Positions 9,052 to 17,715 of a stretch of 64,000 bases of DNA are shown one piece after another. The translations under genes were made by a program, and so were the position numbers. Numbering within the stretch: position 1 is the first letter of the stretch; each line of letters begins with the position of its first letter. The notes under the pieces are model-generated. The model had not been told where the DNA came from and made no database searches. It saw only the letters and a list, made by a program, of their open reading frames with translations. This DNA comes from Alphaproteobacteria bacterium (GTDB lineage: Bacteria; Pseudomonadota; Alphaproteobacteria; UBA828): contig CAXXMU010000002.1 in NCBI GenBank assembly GCA_963667785.2, positions 352,001 to 416,000 on the forward strand, in the 5' to 3' direction.

Positions 9052-12000
9052 GCGGCGCCGCGTCGCGGCGTTACGACGTGGCCATTGTCGGCGCGGGGCC
9101 GGTGGGGAGCCTGTGCGCGCTCGCTCACGCACGGAAGGGCGCCCGGGTGGCCCTGCTGGAAGCGAACCCCAAGGCGTCCGGGCGCCTGGCGGGCGAATGG
9201 CTGCATCCGCCTGGCGTGCGGATACTGCAGCACTTCGGGATCGGGCTCGACACCCTGCCTCGCAGCACCGCGGGCAAGGGATTCGTGGTATTTCCCGATG
9301 ACGGCTCGGAGCCGATCGTCCTTCCCTACTTGAACGGCTCGCAGGGTCTGGCCTGCGAACATGCGCTGCTCGTCTCGAAGCTGCGGGAAGCCGCGGAGAA
9401 CGAGACGGATGTGGACTTCTTCACCCACGCGCGGGTGAGTGCGGTCGAAGACGGGCGGTTGGCCTATACCAACAACGGCACGGTTCACTCCGTCGACGCC
9501 GAGCGGATCATCGGCGCCGACGGGCGGGCGTCGGTCGTGCGCCAGTCCCTGGGCCTGTCGACGGAGCCGGTTCACTGCTCGCGGATGCTGGGGATCACCG
9601 TGAGCGACGTGAGCCTGCCCTTCGAGGGTCACGGGCACGTGCTGCTCGGCGGGCCGGGGCCGATTCTCGCATACGGTCTGGCAAACGATTGCGTCCGGAT
9701 CATCGTCGACGTTCCGCTGGACCGTTGGACACGCCAGGATCGGGTCGGCTTCCTGACGGAATCCTATGCAACGCTGCTGCCGGAGGCTCTCATGCCGGCG
9801 TTCGTCGACGCGGTGCGCGCGGGGCAATTCCACGTTGCGGCCAATCAGTTGCGGCCGCGCGTCACGTACGGCACCCCGCGTCGCGTGCTGATCGGCGACG
9901 CGGCCGGGCACTACCATCCGATGACGGCGGTCGGCATGACCCTCGGCTTTGGCGATGCGCTTGCCCTCGCCGAGGGCGGGAGCTTTCGCGACTTCGCCGC
10001 CGGGCGTTTCCGGGCGACCCGCGTGCCGGAGATGCTCGCCATGGGGCTCTACGAGGTCTTTGCCGATCATCGGGCCGAGGCGGTGGCGATGAGACACGCG
10101 GTCTACTGGGGATTGCGGGCGAACTCCGATTACCGGGAGCGGACAACGCGGATTCTCGCCTGCGAAGACCGATCCGCGTTCGTCATGGGTCTCGCGTTCT
10201 TCGGAACGGCGGCCCGGGCGGCGGTCGTGGAGATTCCGCTCTCCTTCCGCCGGTTCGCGCCGCGTCAGGGCCTGAAGATCTTCGGTGCGCTCACCGTTCG
10301 TCTCTTGTGGCTCCTGCGCTGGGCTCTGCAGCTGCGCCAGTCGCGACGCCAGGGCGGGCAGAATGACGAGCGGGCCCTGGACAGCCTGTCCCGCGCGCTT
10401 CTGCACTCCATGCCGCCGAGGCTCGACGCGTCCGGGCAAGGCCGGCCGAAGGACGCCGAGGCGGCCGACGCCGGTCCGGCCTTGAGGAGCGCGACCGCGC
10501 GCCTCCTGAGTCTCCAGGGCGAGGACGGTGGCTGGGAAGGCGAGATGGTCTGGTGCCCCATGCTCACCGCGCAATACGTGCTGCTGCACCACATCATCGG
10601 GCGGCCGCTCGAGCCCGGCCGGCGCCGGCGCGTGCTGCGCTCCTTCGAACGAACTCGTCTCGAAGGCGGCTCATGGGGCCTGCACGAGCATTCTACGCCC
10701 CACCTCTTCGTCACCGCCCTGGTCTACGTCGCCGCCCGGCTGCTCGGGGTCGAGCGGGACGATCCCCTGGTCGAGCCGGCCCGGCGCTTCATTGAGGCCG
10801 AGGGGATCGTGGGCATTCCCAGCTGGGGGAAGTTCTGGCTGGCGCTCCTGAACCTCTACGACTGGCGCGGGGTCAACGCCGTTCTGCCGGAGCTGTGGAG
10901 CCTGCCGCGGCGCTTGCCCCTGCACCCCTCGAATTGGTACTGCCACACCCGGCTCATCTACATGGCCATGGCGGCGATCTACCCGCACCGCTTCCAGGCG
11001 CCCGTCACGCCCTCGATCGCGGCGCTGCGGGAGGAGCTGTACCCCCAGGGATTTGCCGAGGCGGATTTCTCCGCCGCCCGCGACCGCCTGCGGGAGGCCG
11101 ACCTCTACGCACGGCCGAGCGTGTGGCTCAAGGTTGGATACAAGATTGCGCGCGTGTTCGATCGGCTCCACGGCAAGCGCCTGCGCGCCCGTTGCACGGA
11201 GGCGATCGTCAGGCAGATCAGATGGGAGCTGCGAACCACCAGCCATACGAGCATCTCTCCGGTGAGCGGCCTCCTCAACATGCTTGCGCTCTGGCTGCGC
11301 GATCCGGACGATGCCGACCTCCACCGGGCGCTCGCGAAGCTGGACGACTGGATCTGGGAAGACGAGGACGAGGGCGCGCGCGTCGTCGGCGCGAGAAGCG
11401 CCTCGTGGGACAGCGGCTTCGCGCTGCAGGCGCTGGCGGCGGTGCCCGCGTTCGACGGGGTGGGGGACGCGCTGCGGCGCGGCGCCGACTTCCTGCTCGG
11501 GGAGCAGATCGCCGCCAGCTTCGACGGGTTTCGCGAGGCCTATCGTACCGACCCCAGGGGCGGCTGGTGCTTTGCCGGGGGGTGGCACGGCTGGCCGGTG
11601 AGCGACTGCACCGCGGAAGCGGTGCTCGGACTTCACGCCGCCGGTCGTGGCGCCACGCACGCGGGCGCGTTGCGCGATGCGGTCGGGTTCATGCTGCGCT
11701 GCCAGAACCGCGACGGCGGATTCGGCAGCTACGAGGCGCGGCGCTCGGCGTTCGGTCTGGAGTGGATGAATCCGGCCGAGATGTTCGGCGACTCGATGAC
11801 CGAGCAATCCTACGTCGAGTGCACCGCGTCCTGCCTCGCGGCGCTCGCCGCCTGCGTGGAGGAGGTTCCGCACATCGCGGACGGAGCGGTGACGGGCGCG
11901 ATCGCTCGGGGCGATGCCTGGCTGCGCCGGACTCAGGCGAGCGACGGCTCGTGGCGCGGCGTGTGGGGGGTTCAGTTCATCTACGGCACGCTCTTCGGGG

Positions 12001-12473
12001 TCAGGGGTCTTCTCGCCGCCGGGGCCGGCCCCGGCGATCCGGCGCTGCGCTCGGCCTGCCGCTGGCTGCTGGAGCGCCAGCGGGCAGATGGGGGATGGGG
12101 CGAGCACCACAGCGGATGCCTGAGCGGCCGATACGTCCCGCACGAGGAAAGCCAGGTCATCCAGACCGCGTGGGCGTTGATCGCGCTGCTCGAGGCGGGC
12201 GAATCGAACTGGACCGCGATTGCGCGGGGCGCCCGCTTCCTGCTCGACACGCTGGACGGGGACGGGACATGGCCCAAGCAGGACATGGTGGGCGTGTTCT
12301 TCCGAACGGCGCTCCTGGACTACGTGCTCTATCGACAGTATTTCCCGCTGCACGCGCTGGCCCTCTACGAGCAGCGCCGCCGAGAGCGGCTGGGCCTCGC
12401 CGCCCCCGCCGCCTGCACCACCGCCGCACCGCCGCCCCCGCCCGAAGCGGCTGCCGCCTGTTCGCTTTCCTGA
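9048..12473 (+). CDS. squalene epoxidase (monooxygenase) - oxidosqualene cyclase fusion protein, 1141 aa
   Basis: N-half: GAGPVG FAD fold, GEWLHPPG, DGRASVVR, GDAAGHYHPMTAVGMT. C-half: QW repeats (QGEDGGW, QNRDGGF, QASDGSW, QRADGGW), PSWGKFWL, WYCHTRLIY, VSDCTAE, YVECT. One uninterrupted frame. Confidence 0.92.
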   Translation: MSGAASRRYDVAIVGAGPVGSLCALAHARKGARVALLEANPKASGRLAGEWLHPPGVRILQHFGIGLDTLPRSTAGKGFVVFPDDGSEPIVLPYLNGSQGLACEHALLVSKLREAAENETDVDFFTHARVSAVEDGRLAYTNNGTVHSVDAERIIGADGRASVVRQSLGLSTEPVHCSRMLGITVSDVSLPFEGHGHVLLGGPGPILAYGLANDCVRIIVDVPLDRWTRQDRVGFLTESYATLLPEALMPAFVDAVRAGQFHVAANQLRPRVTYGTPRRVLIGDAAGHYHPMTAVGMTLGFGDALALAEGGSFRDFAAGRFRATRVPEMLAMGLYEVFADHRAEAVAMRHAVYWGLRANSDYRERTTRILACEDRSAFVMGLAFFGTAARAAVVEIPLSFRRFAPRQGLKIFGALTVRLLWLLRWALQLRQSRRQGGQNDERALDSLSRALLHSMPPRLDASGQGRPKDAEAADAGPALRSATARLLSLQGEDGGWEGEMVWCPMLTAQYVLLHHIIGRPLEPGRRRRVLRSFERTRLEGGSWGLHEHSTPHLFVTALVYVAARLLGVERDDPLVEPARRFIEAEGIVGIPSWGKFWLALLNLYDWRGVNAVLPELWSLPRRLPLHPSNWYCHTRLIYMAMAAIYPHRFQAPVTPSIAALREELYPQGFAEADFSAARDRLREADLYARPSVWLKVGYKIARVFDRLHGKRLRARCTEAIVRQIRWELRTTSHTSISPVSGLLNMLALWLRDPDDADLHRALAKLDDWIWEDEDEGARVVGARSASWDSGFALQALAAVPAFDGVGDALRRGADFLLGEQIAASFDGFREAYRTDPRGGWCFAGGWHGWPVSDCTAEAVLGLHAAGRGATHAGALRDAVGFMLRCQNRDGGFGSYEARRSAFGLEWMNPAEMFGDSMTEQSYVECTASCLAALAACVEEVPHIADGAVTGAIARGDAWLRRTQASDGSWRGVWGVQFIYGTLFGVRGLLAAGAGPGDPALRSACRWLLERQRADGGWGEHHSGCLSGRYVPHEESQVIQTAWALIALLEAGESNWTAIARGARFLLDTLDGDGTWPKQDMVGVFFRTALLDYVLYRQYFPLHALALYEQRRRERLGLAAPAACTTAAPPPPPEAAAACSLS

Positions 12474-12520
12474 GCGTCGGCGGCCTCGCGCAGGGCCGCG
12501 CGGCCGAAAGTCCGCGTCGT

Positions 12521-13552
12521 TCAGTCGCGCGAGTGCCCGGGCTTGCGGGCCAGGAAATAGAACATCGGCGTGAAGACGCCGGACCTGCCGCCGTCCACCA
12601 GCGCGTCCGCCCCCGCATTCAGGATCGTGCTGACCGCGCGGGCGCCCTCGGGAAAGAGCCGCAGCCTCTCGCCGACCCGCAAGGTCAGATTGGTCAGCGC
12701 GCGGCCGAGTGGCGTGCGCGGAATGCTCGAAAGGTTGAGGTCACGGCCCTGCAAGGCACGGTACCAGGGCATCGCCGGGTCCGCTTCGGGCGCGCGGTCG
12801 CGCGCTTCCAGCAGATCGAACCCCGCCCTTTGCAATGCGGCGGAAACCTCCGACGTGGTCGCGATATCCGGCAGCCCATTGCCGATCATGATGTCGTTCT
12901 TGATTCGCAGGTGCTCCGCGTTGGCGGGATCGAATTTCTCGGTGAGGCACCACTCGTAGCCCGCGAAACAGGCCCCCGGACGCAGCACGCGCAGAACCTC
13001 GCGGAACGCGCCCGTCTTGTCGGGCGCGTGGGGCATGGACTCGATCGCGATGGCAGCATCGTAGCGGCCGTCTTCGTCGGGAATCTGCATGTAATCGCCG
13101 TGAATGAAGCGGCACAACGATTCCACATCGCGGGTGTGAAGTTTGGCGCGCTCGATCTGATAGGCGTTATTGTTGATGCCGACAAAGCTGGCCCCGGTTC
13201 GGCGCGCCAGATTGCCCATCGGCCCGCCGACCCCGCATCCGACATCGAGCACGTGCATACCCGGCTTCAGGGACAGCTCTTCAGCCAGAAAATGCTGGTG
13301 CCGGAGCAGCGATGCCTTGAAGCTCTCGCCCCGCCTTCGGGGAGCGAAGTGAAAGGACTGACCCCAGCCGAACTCGTAGAAGTCGGTGACCAGGTCGTAG
13401 TAGCGATTCACGAAGGAGCGATAATGCTCCTTCCTGCGCTCCGGGCCGGCGTCGTAGATTTCGGTGTATTCGTCGACGGTGGGCTTCACCTCGTCCGGGG
13501 CAAGGTCCGCGAGGGTGCGCGGTTTCGATCGCGTGGCGGAAGGACGATTCAT
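12521..13552 (-). CDS. smt: sterol C24-methyltransferase (SMT/ERG6-like)
   Basis: YYDLVTDFYEFGWGQSFHFAP (region I), LDVGCGVGGP (SAM binding), IESMPHAP (region III variant), YEW (region IV), C-terminal FTPMFYFLARKP. Confidence 0.92.
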   Translation of the reverse strand: MNRPSATRSKPRTLADLAPDEVKPTVDEYTEIYDAGPERRKEHYRSFVNRYYDLVTDFYEFGWGQSFHFAPRRRGESFKASLLRHQHFLAEELSLKPGMHVLDVGCGVGGPMGNLARRTGASFVGINNNAYQIERAKLHTRDVESLCRFIHGDYMQIPDEDGRYDAAIAIESMPHAPDKTGAFREVLRVLRPGACFAGYEWCLTEKFDPANAEHLRIKNDIMIGNGLPDIATTSEVSAALQRAGFDLLEARDRAPEADPAMPWYRALQGRDLNLSSIPRTPLGRALTNLTLRVGERLRLFPEGARAVSTILNAGADALVDGGRSGVFTPMFYFLARKPGHSRD

Positions 13553-13740
13553 CGGCACATTCTGCCAGAGCCGCACGTCGTCCCCAAGACCGGAATATTG
13601 CGGGAGGTCCCAACACCTCGCTTCTTGACCCAGATATCGACGGCGTCCAGAGCATGGCGCCTTTGTATACGGCGCCGGACTCTCCGCAGGGTACAATGCG
13701 ACGCGCCGCAACGCTGCAGCGTCTGAGAGGACCGGATCAC

Positions 13741-14475
13741 ATGCCAGAAGAGCAGGCGGACGGGGCCCCTTCCGAACCCGGCGCGCGCCGGGTTCGGTTG
13801 GCGATCCCGCCGATCGTGTTTACGGGGCTTGTCATCGCGAGTCTGACCGTGGCCGGTATCGGGGCGCGCTACGGCGTTCGCGGCGATTTCGACGTTATCC
13901 ATGGACTTCTGATCCTCTTCTTTTCCGTCAATCTGGTGATCTGCTATTGGGAAATCTGCCTGTTCTTCAGGCGCGACTACATCGAGAAGCGCGCCGAATA
14001 CTGGCATGAACGCCGGCAGAAAACAGGCCGAACGTCGGGCATCGAGTTCCTTACCGGACCTGTTCCGTTGAGGCGAATACTATCCTTGACGACATGGGCG
14101 GACGTCTGGGCCACGTATTCGCAGTTTGACACTTCGTACACCGACCGGCGCACATATGGTTACAACGTGGACATCGCCAACGGCTTCGTAACGCCGGTGC
14201 CGATGCTGATTCTTTTCGCCGCCTTCACCGTCGACTTCCTGCCCGCCCTCGTCGCCGGCATCATCGGGGCGATGATGTTCTGGCAGTTGGCCTACGCGAC
14301 ATCGGTCTATTGGGTCAGCTTCTTCGTGGCCAAGCGGCAGAGCCGCATCCGCCGAAAGGACCTCTACATCTACATCTGGGCTCTGAACTGCCCGTGGGTG
14401 CTGTTCGCCCTGCTGGGACTCTACGTCTCGATTCGCCTGATCGTGAACGGCGACTACAGCGTTCTCGGCTATTGA
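13741..14475 (+). CDS. integral membrane protein, EBP/EXPERA-like (candidate sterol delta8-delta7 isomerase)
   Basis: About 5 hydrophobic segments; WATYSQFDTSY resembles the EBP W..Y...D.RY motif; NxPW near the C-terminus; adjacent to smt. Confidence 0.55.
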   Translation: MPEEQADGAPSEPGARRVRLAIPPIVFTGLVIASLTVAGIGARYGVRGDFDVIHGLLILFFSVNLVICYWEICLFFRRDYIEKRAEYWHERRQKTGRTSGIEFLTGPVPLRRILSLTTWADVWATYSQFDTSYTDRRTYGYNVDIANGFVTPVPMLILFAAFTVDFLPALVAGIIGAMMFWQLAYATSVYWVSFFVAKRQSRIRRKDLYIYIWALNCPWVLFALLGLYVSIRLIVNGDYSVLGY

Positions 14476-14646
14476 TCGCGGCATTTCCAGATCGCCTTCG
14501 GCAAGGCAGACGGCGACACGTCCGGGCACGGCGCCGCCCCGCGCCGCCCGTTCCGCCGCCAGCCGAAGGGGCCTCGTCGTCGAACCTTTCCGCGCTCGAA
14601 GCTCAGACACCCCGCTGCTCGTCTTCCAGGAAAGTCGTCATAGCTC

Positions 14647-15018
14647 ATGCAGAAGACAGCCGTCATAGACGGTCTCCAGTACGCCAACTGGTCGGACAAG
14701 GTATTTCGACAGATGGGCGACAGACATGTCGTCGCCATCCATGTCACCATCTGCTACCACGAGAACTTTCGTGAAACCGTCGCGAACATTGCCGCCTGGA
14801 GCCGGCGTTTCGATCAGTTCTCCGAACTGATTTTCCCGCTCCACTCGGCGGACGATGTCGACAGGGCGATGAGGGAGGAACGCACGGCCATCGTGTTCGG
14901 CTGCCAGAACTGCTCGCCGATCGAGAACGACATCGATCTCGTTCGCATATGCCGGCCGCTCGCCCACGGCAGCTGGCTGCGCTTCTTCCGGGAGTCGTTC
15001 AGCCCGCAGGGCTCGTGA
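14647..15018 (+). pseudogene. membrane dipeptidase family gene with large in-frame internal deletion
   Basis: N-terminal IDGLQYANWS...HVTICYHENFRET...QNCSPIEND joined directly to a C-terminal-like WLRFFRESF; only 123 aa. Confidence 0.7.
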
Positions 15019-16727
15019 TGGGCTGTCCGGCCGATGACCGTGCGATCGCCCCGCTGCGCGCGCCCGAGCACGTCATGCGGCTGGCGCGCATGGGCGCGTC
15101 GTTCCAGACACGCCTGAGCTTCATGCGCCAGTTGATCCGCCGCATGCGAAGGGAGCGGTGGCGGTTCGAGCGCCTCCGTTTCGACCTCGACGCACGGGGA
15201 TACGGCACCGCCGTTTACGCGGCCCACGGCCCGCAGCGGACCTACTCGCTCATCGCGTACACGCACGAGATCCGTCCGGAGCAGCGCACCGACCGCGTGA
15301 TCGCGGAGGCCTGGGATGCCACGTTCTCGTTCTTCGACGGCGTGCCGGACGATGCGGATATCGAACGGTTGCGCGCCAACACGCCGAGGCAGGAGGACGG
15401 CCGCTTCACCTCCCGCGAGCTCACGCTGGCCCGCGCCAACAAGAGCATGCGCCTGTTCGAGCATGTCGTCGAAAGCCTCGCCGCCGGCCGACAGCCCGAC
15501 GCCGCCCGGCTGGCCGAGGTCGGCTACCTGATGCGCACGACGGCCGTCTATGGGAGCGGCAAGTTCGGTTGCGCCGACCGCGCCAAGATTGCGGACCGGA
15601 CCGAGATGCGCGGACCCTTCCAGGCCGAAATGCTCACGGTCTATCTGATCCGTTGGCTGAGCATCGACCTGGTCAACCACGTGGCGCGCGGCCGGGGCGG
15701 CGCGCGGGCCGCTCCTCTGAATGCCGACTACGCGCGCTATCTGGGCATCGGCAACGCCACCGGGCTGGGAATGGCTCCCTTCCTCATCAAGCACCCGGTG
15801 CTCATCAACAATTGGGTCCTGGCGCGGGAGACCGCGCTCGCGCGGGTGCGAGCGCTGCCGTCCGCGACCGCCGGTCAGGTCGCCGCCTTCATGGCCCTGC
15901 TGGACCGCGCCCGCCGCTTCGTCGGCGAGTGGAACGTCGACGACGAAGCCCAGACGGCGCGCATTCGCACGCTGCGTGCCGAGCTCGGCGAGCTGGAGAG
16001 CTGGTGCGAGGCCGGGCTTCGTCGCCCCCATCCGTGGGACGCGATGTACCGCCACGCCGAGGAAGCCTTCTCCGCCGAGGGGCAGGAGTTCGCCGTCTCG
16101 CTGCTGCTCGAGCAGCAGGGCCCGGTCGTGGACGCGCTCGGCGACGAGATGAGCGCCCCGGAGCCGCACAGGCTCAGGGCCGAGATGTCGCTGGGCGAGC
16201 TGCTCGGCATCATCGATGCGCATTATGGCTGGGCGTTGGCGACCGACTACTCGCGGCCCGAAGCCGTGCAGCGCTTCTGGTATTACTCCGAGGAGAAGCT
16301 CGAGCCTCGGGTGGGCGACCGCCACACCGAGCCCGGCGCCGACCTCGAAATGCCGATCGCGATCGCCCGGGACGTGAGCCGGCTCAGGGACCGGCTTCTC
16401 GAATACGACACGGCGCTGACGGTCGCCGACTTTCTCGTCGCCGCGCCGGAGTACCGCAGCATCGTCTGGCGGGTGCAGATGGCCTCGGACTGTCCCTACG
16501 GCGAGATCCGCGACAATCTGCTCGGCGCCGGCCAGCGCCCGGTCGACATCCTGCGCTTCAAGCTCTCGTTTTTCGGCGTCGCCAAGTTCGATCCGAAGTC
16601 CGATCTGTGGACGCGGGTCAACATGTATCAGGGCGCGCCGCTGCCGCAGGAGATCGCCGATGCGCGCGAGACCGAATGGGTGTTTCCGACAAGGCCCGCG
16701 GCACTGTCGGCCGAGGCGATGCCATGA
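15018..16727 (+). CDS. conserved hypothetical protein (alphaproteobacterial, usually beside dipeptidase and DUF3726 genes)
   Basis: Long ORF with good codon usage and conserved-looking blocks (GYLMRTTAVYGSGKFG, GIGNATGLGMAPFL, FWYYSEEKLEPR); TGATG overlap with upstream gene. Confidence 0.8.
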   Translation: MGCPADDRAIAPLRAPEHVMRLARMGASFQTRLSFMRQLIRRMRRERWRFERLRFDLDARGYGTAVYAAHGPQRTYSLIAYTHEIRPEQRTDRVIAEAWDATFSFFDGVPDDADIERLRANTPRQEDGRFTSRELTLARANKSMRLFEHVVESLAAGRQPDAARLAEVGYLMRTTAVYGSGKFGCADRAKIADRTEMRGPFQAEMLTVYLIRWLSIDLVNHVARGRGGARAAPLNADYARYLGIGNATGLGMAPFLIKHPVLINNWVLARETALARVRALPSATAGQVAAFMALLDRARRFVGEWNVDDEAQTARIRTLRAELGELESWCEAGLRRPHPWDAMYRHAEEAFSAEGQEFAVSLLLEQQGPVVDALGDEMSAPEPHRLRAEMSLGELLGIIDAHYGWALATDYSRPEAVQRFWYYSEEKLEPRVGDRHTEPGADLEMPIAIARDVSRLRDRLLEYDTALTVADFLVAAPEYRSIVWRVQMASDCPYGEIRDNLLGAGQRPVDILRFKLSFFGVAKFDPKSDLWTRVNMYQGAPLPQEIADARETEWVFPTRPAALSAEAMP

Positions 16728-17467
16728 GCGAGACGCTGACGCCTTTGTCTCTGAACGAGATCTGCTTCTACTTCACGCGGGCGGCGGTGGGTGCCGGTGC
16801 GCCGTTCGGGATCGGCGAGGACTTTGCGGAGGCGTCGAAGTCTCTGGCCTATCTGGGCTTCGATCCGGCCCAGGCTGCCGTGCCGGCTTTGCGCGGACTT
16901 AGCTGCGGCCTGAGCGGCACGTCGCTCTCGCTGCGCACTGCGGGGGATGCCATTCATGTCGGGAGCAGTGACGCTCCCATCCTGTCCGCGCTCTACGCCG
17001 GGCCGGTGGCCGCCGACCGGCTGTCGATCGAGGCGGGGTGCGGCAGGGAGCGGCATCTCCGACTCGACGACACGGACCAGCCGCTGCTGATCGTGGGGGC
17101 GATTGCTGCAGCGGGCATCGATAAAGCCCGGATCGCCCTGTCGTGGCCGTTGCGGAACGGCAGACGCGCCGTGGTCGAGCTGAACGGCGGCATCGCGACA
17201 ATCGCCGGCCTGTATTCCCGAAGCGTCGCATCGCTTGAGCCTGCACCGGTCGACATCCTCCTCAACGGCACGCCTCTCGAGATGGAGCCCGCGCGCACGG
17301 CGACGAGGAGTCTCGCGGAGGGCAGGTCCAAGTCAGTCCGCCACGGTGTCGACGTGGACGAGGTGGCAAGGTCGACGGTGCTGGCGTTCTTCGAAAAGTG
17401 TCTCGTGCCTGCCACCGATCGGTCCCGCGATGCCGGGGCCGGGGCCGGTCTCACCGACAACGACTGA
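16724..17467 (+). CDS. DUF3726-like protein
   Basis: N-terminal SLNEI...RAAVGAG.PFGIGED and C-terminal PAT..SR..GAGAGLTDND; ATGA overlap. Confidence 0.7.
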   Translation: MSETLTPLSLNEICFYFTRAAVGAGAPFGIGEDFAEASKSLAYLGFDPAQAAVPALRGLSCGLSGTSLSLRTAGDAIHVGSSDAPILSALYAGPVAADRLSIEAGCGRERHLRLDDTDQPLLIVGAIAAAGIDKARIALSWPLRNGRRAVVELNGGIATIAGLYSRSVASLEPAPVDILLNGTPLEMEPARTATRSLAEGRSKSVRHGVDVDEVARSTVLAFFEKCLVPATDRSRDAGAGAGLTDND

Positions 17468-17715
17468 GGCACCGTCACCCGACCCCGTACGGGGCCAGTC
17501 GGTGCGACGCCATGCTGGGCCTCTGCGGCAATGCGCCTCGCCTCCGGAATAATTCACATGAATCGAGAGAAACATGAGAACACGGTCGTTTCGGCGTCGC
17601 CGAGCGTCGTGTATTCCGCGCGGCCGAGGTGTACGAAACAGCGAGCCCGTGGCGCGGCCGCCGGTCAGCCCCTAGACTCAGTGTCGGCTGCAATCCGGCC
17701 GAAGGAGCGCCGCCG

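Noticed and set aside
10480-12473. Squalene-hopene cyclase (hopanoid) call
   Set aside because: Catalytic motif is DCTAE, not DxDD, and the gene is fused to an epoxidase among sterol-modifying genes
10895-13726. 943-aa plus-strand ORF
   Set aside because: Alternative frame over the cyclase and antisense to smt; Arg/Gly/Ala-rich GC artefact
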